Shown: positions 18,488 to 28,160, numbered from the stretch's first letter. The stretch is 64,000 bases of DNA from Nitrosopumilaceae archaeon (GCA_022823825.1 JAJEHG010000012.1:34732-98731); one strand, 5' to 3'. The notes: generated from the letters alone by a model not told the origin. A program made the numbers and translations.

Positions 18488-19915
18488 ATGGGGTGGAACC
18501 GCAAGGACGCGCTGAGATACGCGCTGAGCAGGGGCGTCCAGATAAGCCCCCGCGCCTTTGAGATCCTAAGGAACGTCCCGTCAGACTCGCTTGAGGGCGT
18601 GATCAAGACGATGGTACACGCGGCCAAAAGGGAGTCCAGGGCCCAGATGACGGCAGACGACCTTGAGGAGCACCTGGGCCTCAGGGTGGACGCAGAGGTG
18701 GATGCGGACCTCAGGGTGCTGTCGGATCCCACGGGGCATACCACCACGGCCGAGGGGGTCGACGGGTACGGCGCCCTCTTCGCCAGCAGGTATGAAAAGC
18801 TAAGGTCCATAATCTCTGCCAGGCCCGAGTCCAAGAAGATCAAGTCCGTGGAGGCCGTCAGGAGATCGGGCGGCGTAAAGGACGACGAGGACGTCTGCGT
18901 GGCGGGGCTGATCAATGACAGGGATGTCAGGGACGGCAGGGCCGAGATCCGCTTGGAGGACCCCTCGGGAATGCTGCCCATACCCGTGTACAACGACGAG
19001 CTGCAAAAGGAGGCCGGCTCCCTGATGCGGGACCAGATGGCAATGGTGAGGCTGGGAAGGGGCAAGAGGGGCGTCTTTGCCAAGGAGATCATTCTGCCCG
19101 ACACCCCGGCCCACGTGCCCAACAGGTCTGAGACGGGCGCCTGGGCGGCCCTGATCTCCGACCTTCACGTCGGTTCAAAATACTTCATGGAGGAGGAGTT
19201 CAGGGGGTTTGTGGGCTGGCTCTCGGAGGCGGACGCGGTTGCAAGGAACGTGCGGTTCGTCCTGATATGCGGCGACGTGGTAGACGGGGTGGGAATCTAC
19301 AAGGACCAAGACAAGGAGCTGGAGCTGGACACCGTCGAGGAGCAGCTGGGACGCCTCGAGGAGATGCTCGCCGAGATACCGGAGCACGTCAAGGTCATAA
19401 TCTCCCCCGGGAACCACGACCCCGGAAGAAGGGCCCTGCCCCAGCCGGCAATACCAGAAAAGTACTGCCCGGGACTGTGGCGCCGCGAGAACATAACCAT
19501 GGTCGGAAATCCCGCCGTGGTCTCGCTCAACGGCGTCAGGGTCCTGATGTTCCACGGGCAGTCAATTGACGACATAGTCAGGGTTACGCCGGGCCTCAGT
19601 TACGACGAGCCCATTGCGGTAATGGAGCTCCTGCTAAGGGCGCGGCACCTGAGTCCCATATACGGGGAGAGGACGCCCATTGCCCCCGAGCTTGAGGACT
19701 GGATGGTCATAGGGGACGATGTCGACATATTCCACTCGGGCCACGTGCACAGGTGGGCAGTCAGCAAGTACAGGGGCACCCTGCTCGTCAACTCGGGGGC
19801 CTGGCAGCGCCAGACGCCGTTCCAGGCCAGCGTCGGCATAGTGCCCAATCCGGGGATTGCCGCATTGGTCAACCTCAAGACGTACGAGCTCAAGAGTCAG
19901 AACTACAACGGGTAG
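18488..19915 (+). CDS. polB: DNA polymerase D small (exonuclease) subunit DP1
   Basis: LEDPSG OB fold, ISDLHVGS, GDVVDGVGIY, PGNHD, HSGHVH, NSGAWQ.QT.FQ. Confidence 0.95.
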   Translation: MGWNRKDALRYALSRGVQISPRAFEILRNVPSDSLEGVIKTMVHAAKRESRAQMTADDLEEHLGLRVDAEVDADLRVLSDPTGHTTTAEGVDGYGALFASRYEKLRSIISARPESKKIKSVEAVRRSGGVKDDEDVCVAGLINDRDVRDGRAEIRLEDPSGMLPIPVYNDELQKEAGSLMRDQMAMVRLGRGKRGVFAKEIILPDTPAHVPNRSETGAWAALISDLHVGSKYFMEEEFRGFVGWLSEADAVARNVRFVLICGDVVDGVGIYKDQDKELELDTVEEQLGRLEEMLAEIPEHVKVIISPGNHDPGRRALPQPAIPEKYCPGLWRRENITMVGNPAVVSLNGVRVLMFHGQSIDDIVRVTPGLSYDEPIAVMELLLRARHLSPIYGERTPIAPELEDWMVIGDDVDIFHSGHVHRWAVSKYRGTLLVNSGAWQRQTPFQASVGIVPNPGIAALVNLKTYELKSQNYNG

Positions 19916-19920
19916 GCGGG

Positions 19921-21150
19921 TCAGAGCAGTCCCTGCAGGGTCAGATCCTCGGCAAACGCCTTCTTAACCGTCTGGGGAGCGACCGTCAGCCTGTGCTTCT
20001 TGGTCCTGCCGTGCACGCCCTGGCTTGCCACCCTGCCGGATATGATGCCTGACAGCTCTATCTCGCTTAGCATCTGTGTTACGCGGCGCTGTGTGAGCGG
20101 GCCTGCCGCCGCGTCCCTGCACAGTGACTTGTAGTGTGAGTAAACCTCACCCGTGGAGCTGGCCTCGCTCCTCATTATTGCGAGTATCAGCAGCTTCTCG
20201 TGGAGCGGGTACGACCGCAGCACGGTCAGCTCCTTGTCCTCCTCCATCTTTTTTGAGGCCTCCCTTACGTGTTCGACCGTTACGGTCTGGCTGTCGGTGC
20301 CGCCGCCGTCGCCTCCCCCCGCCCTCTCGGCAATCTCGCCTGCGATCCGCAGCAGGTCTATCGCCCGCCTTGCGTCGCCGTGCTCCGAGCCTGACAGGGC
20401 CGCGCACAGGTTCAGTGCCGGTTCCTCCACCGCGTCGGGGGCAAAGGCCGCCGCAACCCTCCCCTCCAGTATCTTTTTGATCTGCTCCGTGGTGTAGGTG
20501 GTAAAGACGGCCTCCTCGTCGGCTAGCCTGCTTATTACGCGCGGATCAAGGTTCTCCTTGAACGAGAGGTTGTTTGATATGCCCACTATGGTGAGGGTGC
20601 CGCGGTCCAGCCTCATGTTCGCACTGGTCAGCTGGTACAGGATGTCCTTGCCCGTCCTGCCCACAAGCTGCGCTAGGTGGTCGATCTCGTCTATCACAAA
20701 CACGACGTTGAGCCCGCGCCCGTCAACCTCTTCAAGTATCCGCTTGAACACCTCCCCTATGGCGAGTCCCGTGACGGGCAGCCTCTTCTGGTCCATCCCG
20801 AGCTGCTTGCCCAAGCTTACGAGCAACCCGCCCAGCGTCGTCTCATCCTTCGCGTTGGAGTAGACGAGGCGTATTGGGAATTTGGAGTCTGCCGCCCGCG
20901 CTTGGATCTGTGATATCACCTTGCGGACTACGAGCGTCTTGCCCGTCCCCGGCTTGCCATACACAAGCAGGTTGGAGGGCCTCGAGCCCTTCAGTATCGG
21001 GATCAGCACCTGGGCCACGGCCTTCTGCTCCTCGTCCCTGTGCAGTACCAGATCCGGCATGTGTGCAAAATGCAGCACGGCCCTGTCCACTATTATGGAC
21101 TTGCCGCCTGCAACGGCGTCGAGGAGGCTGTCGACAGGGTCGCTTGCCAC
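19921..21150 (-). CDS. cdc6: Orc1/Cdc6 replication initiator
   Basis: YGKPGTGKT Walker A, VIDEID Walker B, GDARRAIDLLR, C-terminal winged helix. Start set at GTG 21150. Confidence 0.96.
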   Translation of the reverse strand: MASDPVDSLLDAVAGGKSIIVDRAVLHFAHMPDLVLHRDEEQKAVAQVLIPILKGSRPSNLLVYGKPGTGKTLVVRKVISQIQARAADSKFPIRLVYSNAKDETTLGGLLVSLGKQLGMDQKRLPVTGLAIGEVFKRILEEVDGRGLNVVFVIDEIDHLAQLVGRTGKDILYQLTSANMRLDRGTLTIVGISNNLSFKENLDPRVISRLADEEAVFTTYTTEQIKKILEGRVAAAFAPDAVEEPALNLCAALSGSEHGDARRAIDLLRIAGEIAERAGGGDGGGTDSQTVTVEHVREASKKMEEDKELTVLRSYPLHEKLLILAIMRSEASSTGEVYSHYKSLCRDAAAGPLTQRRVTQMLSEIELSGIISGRVASQGVHGRTKKHRLTVAPQTVKKAFAEDLTLQGLL

Positions 21151-21636
21151 ATTGATTCCACTCACACACCACCATTTCCACTCCAGCATATAACATACCG
21201 TATGTGACTCTTGGTGTAGTGTGTGTAGTGGTGTATGATGTAGTATGTAAGCTCCTTTTTGAAGAATTTTAGAAGGTGTGGAGTGGAAATGAAGGTGTGT
21301 GGGTCTGCCGGCTAGTGGGTGGGACCGGAGACCGGCGGCGGTTCCTGCCTCCCGTTCACACCTGTTAGAATGCTGTTAAGATACTACCAAAACAGGTCAA
21401 AAACAACCCCTTCATTTCCACTCTAGGCGTCAAGATCCACCTTAACACTGTCAACAGACCGGAATCAACCCCTTCATTTCCACTCCAGTCATGGAACCAT
21501 CCCATCCCATCCCACGTTCCGGCCTCTCACTGTTAGGATCCGCCCGCCTGGCTAGGCACGGGCTAGGCGTGCCACCTTAACACGCATGCTACTTAACACA
21601 CCCGATGCGCATGCTAATATACTGATATCGTAAGCA
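21151..21636. other. Probable chromosomal replication origin (oriC)
   Basis: Intergenic upstream of cdc6 with four ORB-like repeats, an inverted pair of which flanks a partly AT-rich 21296-21403 interval. Confidence 0.88.
21173..21488. repeat. ORB repeats, consensus (T)GGAGTGGAAATGAAGGGG
   Basis: Copies at 21173-21186 (-, partial), 21279-21295 (+), 21404-21423 (-) and 21466-21488 (-); the last two share CAACCCCTTCATTTCCACTC exactly. Confidence 0.9.
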
Positions 21637-22047
21637 ATGCTTTGCATGGTCAAGAAACGCATCAGGATAGACATTGAGGATGCCGACGGCGCCAAATATG
21701 ACATCAAACTGGAGGGCAACATCACCCTTGAGAAGATCCGGAAGGTCTTTGAGGTCATGAACATGGCGGACATAGAGGTAGAGGGCGGCAGCCAGAACCG
21801 TTCAGAGCCACCCAACATGGACTCCACCGGAGCCAAGATCTGGCACGCCGTAGACAAGTACTTCCCAATGGGCAAGTTCACGTCGACTGACGTGCTTGAA
21901 AAGTACGAGGATGAGTTTAACGAGCCTGTCAAGCTGAGCGTGATATCGACATACCTGTCAAGGTTCTCTGCAAGGGGCAGGCTTGACAGGGTCCGGACAG
22001 GCAGGGAATGGACCTACCAGACCAACAAGATCGCCCAGCAGCACTGA
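21637..22047 (+). CDS. Origin-adjacent winged-helix DNA-binding protein
   Basis: C-terminal FTSTDVLEKYE...LSVISTYLSRF...GRLDRVRTGREWTY wHTH pattern. Confidence 0.75.
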   Translation: MLCMVKKRIRIDIEDADGAKYDIKLEGNITLEKIRKVFEVMNMADIEVEGGSQNRSEPPNMDSTGAKIWHAVDKYFPMGKFTSTDVLEKYEDEFNEPVKLSVISTYLSRFSARGRLDRVRTGREWTYQTNKIAQQH

Positions 22048-22203
22048 CTATGATATGACTGCCTTGCGTACAACCAACTCGTTGTTCTGATACGTTATCT
22101 TGACGTACTCGCCCTTTTGCATGTCCATGTATCTTCTAAACTGCCTTGGTATGGATATCGCCCCCGCCGAGGTGATCTTTACCAGCGCCTCGTTCTCCTG
22201 CAT
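22048..22203 (-). CDS. AbrB/MazE/SpoVT-family small DNA-binding protein (51 aa, absent from ORF track)
   Basis: Translates to MQENEALVKITSAGAISIPRQFRRYMDMQKGEYVKITYQNNELVVRKAVIS*, a swapped-hairpin signature. Confidence 0.85.
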   Translation of the reverse strand: MQENEALVKITSAGAISIPRQFRRYMDMQKGEYVKITYQNNELVVRKAVIS

Positions 22204-22450
22204 GGACGCGTTACTGTAGATTATAATATATAATTTTCTTAATTTATACTAAAAATTCTATAATAGAGGAAATAATTAATTTCCATATTTATTATAAATA
22301 TAATATTTGAGACAATCCTGCCGTACAGCTGGTCGCGCTGGGGCGAGGCGCGCTTGGCGGCCCCAGAACCCGGCGCATCCGGCCCTGCGCTTGGCGGCCC
22401 CAAGGGCCCAGAGCAGGACGGAACCCTCTGACACGGACGGCATGAAAAGA

Positions 22451-23113
22451 TCAGTCACCGGCCCCACCCCGCCGGAGTCTCTCCATACCCTTCTGGGTCA
22501 CACTGTAACTGTACGGTCTGGTGTCCTCATTTCGTTGAAGATATCCGTCCTCATACATCTTCTTCAAGAGCCGTGATGTATGTTCCCTACTCTTCCCCAT
22601 CGTGACTTGTATATCACGTGATGTTATGATATCATTCGTGATTAAATGTAATACATAGTCAACAGGGTTGGGATAGGCACGAAACTCCGCCTTGGGCATG
22701 GTTTCTCCTTCATCACTGCCCGCAACATCTTTCCCCTGCCCTCCCGCATGCGGTTCTTCTCCCGTCGGGCCTTCTCCCCCTGCCCCCGTCGTCACCGGCG
22801 GCTCCCTGGACACCAGTTCGCTCAGGGCTGCCGCCAGCTTGGACACGGACTCGTCCACACTCCTGTCCCCCGCTCCTGCAGTCCCCCCCCGCACCATCTC
22901 CACCGCATCCAGGCGTATCTTTAGGTCTATGAGCTGCCTTTCATAGTACTCTAGGCGCTCCGAGCCGGTGATCTCGCCGCTCTTACTCCCAAGACCGGAC
23001 TCTCTGGCCATGGTCCGCAGCCAAAAGTATGCAAAGAGGGCCAACAGCCCCGCCAAAAAGGCAATCGCAATGCTGACTGCCACCCACGGATCAAAAACCT
23101 CCTCTGCCATCAC
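22451..23113 (-). CDS. Membrane-anchored winged-helix (MarR-like) protein
   Basis: N-terminal TM, coiled coil (YERQLIDLKIRLDAVE), disordered linker, C-terminal wHTH TSRDIQVTMGKSREHTSRLLKKMYEDGYLQR. Confidence 0.85.
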   Translation of the reverse strand: MMAEEVFDPWVAVSIAIAFLAGLLALFAYFWLRTMARESGLGSKSGEITGSERLEYYERQLIDLKIRLDAVEMVRGGTAGAGDRSVDESVSKLAAALSELVSREPPVTTGAGGEGPTGEEPHAGGQGKDVAGSDEGETMPKAEFRAYPNPVDYVLHLITNDIITSRDIQVTMGKSREHTSRLLKKMYEDGYLQRNEDTRPYSYSVTQKGMERLRRGGAGD

Positions 23114-23135
23114 AGTATATCATATGTACTGTGAT
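23109..23135. promoter_or_regulatory. Inverted repeat over the start of the TM-wHTH gene
   Basis: ATCACAGTA-N9-TACTGTGAT. Confidence 0.55.
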
Positions 23136-23232
23136 ATATCATATTCGGTTAGTATTTTTTCACACTATATGTTAAAAAATCACCCGCTTGCAACAGCTTG
23201 TACTACCGGAACCAGCAATTTACCATAGCACA

Positions 23233-23595
23233 TCACATATTGCATGCCTGCCGTATGTACTTTTCAATCACGTCAATCATCTGTTCAGCACTTTCAGGCG
23301 GTATATCACCACTATTTATCACGTCAACCCTCTCTGCAAGGTCCATCATCACGTCCATGTCATCAGGCAGGAGTATCCCCAACCCCCTTAGAACGACCAC
23401 GGTATAGAAGAGAGCGACCAGCTTATCCCTTGATTGGCCTACCTGCCTGTAGTATGCCCCCCGGCTTATGGGGAACCTAGCCTCCAGGAGTTCCCGCTGG
23501 TTTAAAATAATTTCAATTTGTCTCTCTGTAAACAGCGATTTTTCAATTATTTTCTGTATAACTTTGTTAAAAATTGGCTTTCTGGATTCGCTCAT
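23233..23595 (-). CDS. Hypothetical protein with Tfx/LuxR-like HTH
   Basis: FTERQIEII...ISRGAYYRQVGQSRDKL; AT-rich codon usage. Confidence 0.7.
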   Translation of the reverse strand: MSESRKPIFNKVIQKIIEKSLFTERQIEIILNQRELLEARFPISRGAYYRQVGQSRDKLVALFYTVVVLRGLGILLPDDMDVMMDLAERVDVINSGDIPPESAEQMIDVIEKYIRQACNM

Positions 23596-23658
23596 AGCTA
23601 TACAAACTTGTATACGGCGTAAATTAAACTTTAAAGTAAAGGGGCTGCCACGCAATGC

Positions 23659-24471
23659 GTGGTCGCAGATACGGACGAAAAGATAGGCAAGGGACAGGTA
23701 GAGAGCTACCTGCAGTCGGAGCTGAGGGACAGGGGAACGCTGCTCTTTGTACTGATAGACTCCGAGGTGTCAAACACCGACGAGTCGGCCCGTCTGGTCC
23801 GCGCGGCCGAGTCGGCAGGCGCCTCTGCAATACTGGTGGGCGGCTCCTCCGCGACGGATCAGATGGAGCTGTCCGTTGTGACCGGCGAGATTAAGAAGAG
23901 CACGCAGCGGGTGCCGGTCATTCTGTTTCCCGGGAACGTGACGGGGGTCGTGCCCAGCGCCGATGCCATACTGTTCAGCTCGCTTTTAAACTCGGAGAAC
24001 CCGTACTTTGTGACTCAGGCTCAGGCACTGGGAGCCCCCTCTGTGGCAAAGTTCGGGCTTGAACCCCTGCCCACCGCATATTTGGTCATAGGGGAGGGGA
24101 CCACGGCCTGGTTTGTGGGGGGCGCGCGGGGCATACCGCACGACAAGCCCAAGATAGCGGCCGCCTACTCACTGGCCGCACAGTTTCTGGGCATGCGGTT
24201 TGTATATCTGGAGGCGGGCTCCGGCGCAAAGACCAGCGTGTCGCCTGAGATGGTCAGGACGGTGCGCAAGGCCTTTGGCGGCTTTCTGATTGTCGGCGGT
24301 GGCATCAGGGACGCCGGGACGGCGGCCGCGCTGGCAGAGGCGGGGGCAGACGCACTCGTGGTGGGAACCTTGGTCGAGGGCGGCGACTCGGCGGAGGGCG
24401 AGCGGAGGCTTGGGGAGATCACCGGCGCGATCGGCAGTCGTAGCGGCAGCGGCAGAACGGGTGGCCCGTGA
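23659..24471 (+). CDS. Geranylgeranylglyceryl phosphate synthase
   Basis: ILVGGS, PVILFPG, SLLNS, YLEAGSGA, VGGGIR motifs. Confidence 0.93.
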   Translation: MVADTDEKIGKGQVESYLQSELRDRGTLLFVLIDSEVSNTDESARLVRAAESAGASAILVGGSSATDQMELSVVTGEIKKSTQRVPVILFPGNVTGVVPSADAILFSSLLNSENPYFVTQAQALGAPSVAKFGLEPLPTAYLVIGEGTTAWFVGGARGIPHDKPKIAAAYSLAAQFLGMRFVYLEAGSGAKTSVSPEMVRTVRKAFGGFLIVGGGIRDAGTAAALAEAGADALVVGTLVEGGDSAEGERRLGEITGAIGSRSGSGRTGGP

Positions 24472-27400
24472 TTGGCCGCAGACTCCTCTGAGACCCCCGC
24501 AACGATGACTCCGGACGACGTCGGTTATAGGCTGCAGGGCATAGAGATGCCAGGGGCATACAGGGACTATTATACGCGGCTCTCAAAGGAGACTGCGAGG
24601 GTCCACGAGTGGGCCTCGGCCGCCAAGAAGGGCAGCAAGGCGGACTCCAACGACGTGATAGGGCCCAAGATCGCCTTTGATCTGGCGGATCGCGTCTCAA
24701 AGATGCACGAGATTGAGATCGCCGAGCCGCTGCGTGAGCTGCTTGCAGGCAACGGCAAGGAACTCTCCGCGCTCTTGCTCTCAAGGGACATAGCGCTGGG
24801 CAAGTACCACAAGGGGGACGCCCCACTCGAGGAGAGGATCGACTTGGCAGTCCGGGTGGGGCTTGCCGTGGTTACGGAGGGGGTCACCATGGCCCCCCTC
24901 GAGGGCATAAGCGCCGTATCCATAAAGAAGAACCGCGACGGCACGAGTTACCTCTCAGTCTCCATAGCGGGGCCCATGCGCGCAGCGGGCGGCACCGAGT
25001 CGGCCGTTACCATGCTTATCGCGGACCACGTGCGCAAGGCAGTAGGGCTTGACAGGTACCAGGCCGAGTCGTACGACGACGAGCCGGGCAGGTTCGTAGA
25101 GGAGCTCAGGGTCTATGAGAGGGACGGGCTGGGCTTTCAGTACCACGTCCACGACGAGGACATAGAGCACACAATCCGCAACCTGCCAGTCGAGCTGGAC
25201 GGGGTAGACACGGATGATTTTGAGGTGGTAAACCACCGCAACATGGCCAGGATCAAGACCGAGAAGGTCCGCGGAGGGGCCCTACGCGTGCTCAACGACG
25301 GCCTGATCGGCAGGTCCAAGAAGCTTCTCAAGCGCATAGAGCTTTACAAGCTTGACGGCTGGGAATGGCTGGCCGAGCTCAAGGGAGCCGTGCAGTCAGG
25401 GGACGGGGACGCGGGCGGCAGCAACAGCGACAACGCCTATGATGACAAGGAGGACGCCAGCTCAAAGAGGATGCGGGAGGTGCTCACCGGGCGCTCCGTG
25501 CTCTCCATGCCTGGCAGGCCCGGCGGATTCAGGCTGCGGTACGGGCGTGCGTGCAACACGGGCTTTGCGGCAGTCGGGTTTCACCCGGTGATTGCGGAGA
25601 TTCTGGAGCATACCATAGCAGTCGGCACCCAGGTCAAGACGGACATGCCAGGCAAGGGGGCGTCAGTCGCATTCGTAGACTCTATAGAGACGCCCACGGT
25701 CCGGCTCACGGACGGCAGCGTGGTCAAGATCAGGGACACGGAGCACGGGATCATGATAAAGAAGCAGATCGCCGAGATTCTGCACCTCGGCGACGTCTTA
25801 ATCTCGTTTGGCGACTTTATAGAGAACAACGCCAAGCTGGAGCCGTCCGGCTACGTGGAGGAGATCTGGACCGAGGAGCTGAGGGGGCTGCTGCAGCGGG
25901 AGCAGGAACAGCAGCAGGCGCCCGGCTCCGGGAAGAAGATGCGGCGCCTCGAGGAGTTTCTGCTCAGGGATCCTACGGTTGACGAGGCCATCTCACTGTC
26001 ACTTGAGTTTGGACTGGCCCTGCATCCCAAGTATTTGCACTTCTGGGACGAGCTCCGGCCCGCGGAGCTCGGGGCTCTCTCGGAACCCGACGCGGCGTCC
26101 GAGTCCGAGATTACCTACGGCAATGCCTACAGCGACGGTATTGTGAAGAAGGCGCTGGAAAAGGCGGGCGTGCAGCACGAGTTTGTTGCCACCGCCGACG
26201 CCACCGCCGACGACTGCCATGAAAAGGACGGTCCCGCCGACAATGGCAACGACGCCTCCCCCGCAGCCAAAAACGGAGACTTTGAGTTCGTCCCGGCCCC
26301 AAGACCCCCGCCCGTCCTCGGCACCATACTGCTGAGGGGCGCCGAGGCCAAGATCCTCTACAACCTCCTGCTCAAGAGGCCGCCCCGGCTTGACGCCGAC
26401 GCCGACGCCACCACCCTCGGCATACTGTCAGATTCGGGCATTGCCGTCAGAAAAAAGTCGTCGGCGTGCATCGGCATACGCATCGGCAGGCCCGAAAAGG
26501 CCGCCGCGCGGGCCATGTCCCCCCCGACCCACCTGCTGTTCCCGGTGGGCGAGGGGGGCGGCCCCACCAGGGACGTCATAAAGGCGTCTAGGGCCTCCGA
26601 CCGCTTCTACGCCGACCTGTGCAACAGGCGCTGCCCCGACTGCGGCGCCGTCACGCTGGGCTTGGTGTGCCCCGACTGCGGCGCAAGGTCGGTGGAGACT
26701 AGGCGCTGCGCGCGCTGCGGCACGTCGACTGACTTGGAGGAGTGCGACCAGTGCGGGCGCAGGACCGTCCTGTACGCAAACTTGGAGTTTCCCCTGCGGG
26801 CCCAGCTGCTCAAGGCCCAAGAGCGCATGGAACTGCGGGCGCAGGAGCCGCTCAAGGGGGTCAAGGGGCTTGCCGGGACGGACAAGCTGGCCGAGCCCAT
26901 CGAGAAGGGACTGCTGCGCCAGGGGTTCGGGCTGACCGTCTTCAAGGACGGAACGGTGCGCTTTGACGCGACGAACTCCCCGCTTACCCACTTCAAACCC
27001 TCTTGGATAGGCACCTCCGTCCAGAGGCTGCGCGAACTTGGCTACACGCACGACATGGACGGCAGGCCGCTCACCGGCCCGGACCAGCTGGTAGAGATGC
27101 GCATGCAGGACGTCATCATACCCTACGAGAGCGGCCGCTACCTCTTGGCCGCGGCCAAGTATGTCGACGCGCTGCTCTCGAGGTTTCACGGCGCAGAACC
27201 GTACTACAGCGCCAAGGCCGTGGAGGACATGGCGGGGCACCTGGTCATAGGGCTCGCGCCGCACACGTCAGTCGGCATAGTGGGCAGAATCATCGGGTTT
27301 GCCGAGACGCACGTGTGCTTTGCAACCCCCAACTGGCACTCTGCCAAGCGGCGGGACGCCGACGGCGACGCTGACTCCATCATGCTGCTGATGGACTGCC

Positions 27401-28107
27401 TGCTGAACTTTTCAAAGGCGTTCCTGTCAGGGAGGATAGGCGGACTGATGGACGCGCCGCTTCTGGTCCAGCCGCTCGTACTGCCCCACGAGTCGCAGCC
27501 GCAGGCGCACAACCTGGAGGTCACGCGGTCCTTCCCGCTCGGATTCTTCGAGTCCGCCGCACGCAGGGAAAAGGCCGGCAGCGTCGGCTCAGTTGAGATC
27601 ATAAAGTCGAGGCTGGATACGGAGAGGCAGTTTTACGACTACCACTTTACGCACGAAACGTCCACCCTGACCACGTCAAGATCGCGCAGCGCGTACTCCG
27701 TGCTGGGCTCCATGCTCAACAAGCTTGACCTGCAGCTGAAGAATGCGGAGATGATCAGGGCAGTCAGCCCGGATGAGACCGCCCTGAACGTCATAACGAC
27801 TCACCTGCTGCCCGACATGGCCGGCAACCTGAGGGCGTACGCAAGGCAGGAGTTCCGCTGCACCGAATGCGGCACGCGGTTCAGGCGCATCCCGCTGACG
27901 CGCAAGTGCGCCCAGTGCGGGATAAAGCTGACGCCCAACATAACGAGGCCGAGCGTGGAAAAGTACCTGATGCTAACAAAGAGCTTGGCCAAAAAGTATG
28001 ACATCGGAAGCTACAACCGCGGAAGGATAGCCCTGCTTGCCGACGAGATCTCTATGGTCTTCGGCAAGAGCAAGGGGGACCAGCTCATGCTCAGCGACTA
28101 CATGTGA
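24472..28107 (+). CDS. polC: DNA polymerase D large subunit DP2
   Basis: AGPMRAAGGT, FRLRYGR, IGRPEKA, FKDGTVRFD, AKRRDADGDAD catalytic motif, Zn fingers. Confidence 0.97.
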   Translation: MAADSSETPATMTPDDVGYRLQGIEMPGAYRDYYTRLSKETARVHEWASAAKKGSKADSNDVIGPKIAFDLADRVSKMHEIEIAEPLRELLAGNGKELSALLLSRDIALGKYHKGDAPLEERIDLAVRVGLAVVTEGVTMAPLEGISAVSIKKNRDGTSYLSVSIAGPMRAAGGTESAVTMLIADHVRKAVGLDRYQAESYDDEPGRFVEELRVYERDGLGFQYHVHDEDIEHTIRNLPVELDGVDTDDFEVVNHRNMARIKTEKVRGGALRVLNDGLIGRSKKLLKRIELYKLDGWEWLAELKGAVQSGDGDAGGSNSDNAYDDKEDASSKRMREVLTGRSVLSMPGRPGGFRLRYGRACNTGFAAVGFHPVIAEILEHTIAVGTQVKTDMPGKGASVAFVDSIETPTVRLTDGSVVKIRDTEHGIMIKKQIAEILHLGDVLISFGDFIENNAKLEPSGYVEEIWTEELRGLLQREQEQQQAPGSGKKMRRLEEFLLRDPTVDEAISLSLEFGLALHPKYLHFWDELRPAELGALSEPDAASESEITYGNAYSDGIVKKALEKAGVQHEFVATADATADDCHEKDGPADNGNDASPAAKNGDFEFVPAPRPPPVLGTILLRGAEAKILYNLLLKRPPRLDADADATTLGILSDSGIAVRKKSSACIGIRIGRPEKAAARAMSPPTHLLFPVGEGGGPTRDVIKASRASDRFYADLCNRRCPDCGAVTLGLVCPDCGARSVETRRCARCGTSTDLEECDQCGRRTVLYANLEFPLRAQLLKAQERMELRAQEPLKGVKGLAGTDKLAEPIEKGLLRQGFGLTVFKDGTVRFDATNSPLTHFKPSWIGTSVQRLRELGYTHDMDGRPLTGPDQLVEMRMQDVIIPYESGRYLLAAAKYVDALLSRFHGAEPYYSAKAVEDMAGHLVIGLAPHTSVGIVGRIIGFAETHVCFATPNWHSAKRRDADGDADSIMLLMDCLLNFSKAFLSGRIGGLMDAPLLVQPLVLPHESQPQAHNLEVTRSFPLGFFESAARREKAGSVGSVEIIKSRLDTERQFYDYHFTHETSTLTTSRSRSAYSVLGSMLNKLDLQLKNAEMIRAVSPDETALNVITTHLLPDMAGNLRAYARQEFRCTECGTRFRRIPLTRKCAQCGIKLTPNITRPSVEKYLMLTKSLAKKYDIGSYNRGRIALLADEISMVFGKSKGDQLMLSDYM

Positions 28108-28160
28108 GGACGCGATCACGCGGCCGCCCGCAAACGGCATGCTGCGCGTGCAGACGGCGT

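Noticed and set aside
21151..21189. N-terminal extension MLEWKWWCVSGIN of Cdc6 in the ORF track
   Set aside because: It is a translation of an ORB repeat; GTG at 21150 is the more plausible start
21173..21600. Repeats as a CRISPR array
   Set aside because: Irregular spacing, mixed orientation, ORB consensus and no cas genes
22350..22402. 16-bp direct repeat GCGCTTGGCGGCCCCA x2
   Set aside because: Only two GC-rich copies with no other support; probably a local duplication
26170..26330. Insertion in DP2 as a possible intein
   Set aside because: Only ~50 aa of low-complexity sequence, with no C/S...HN-C/S/T splice motifs
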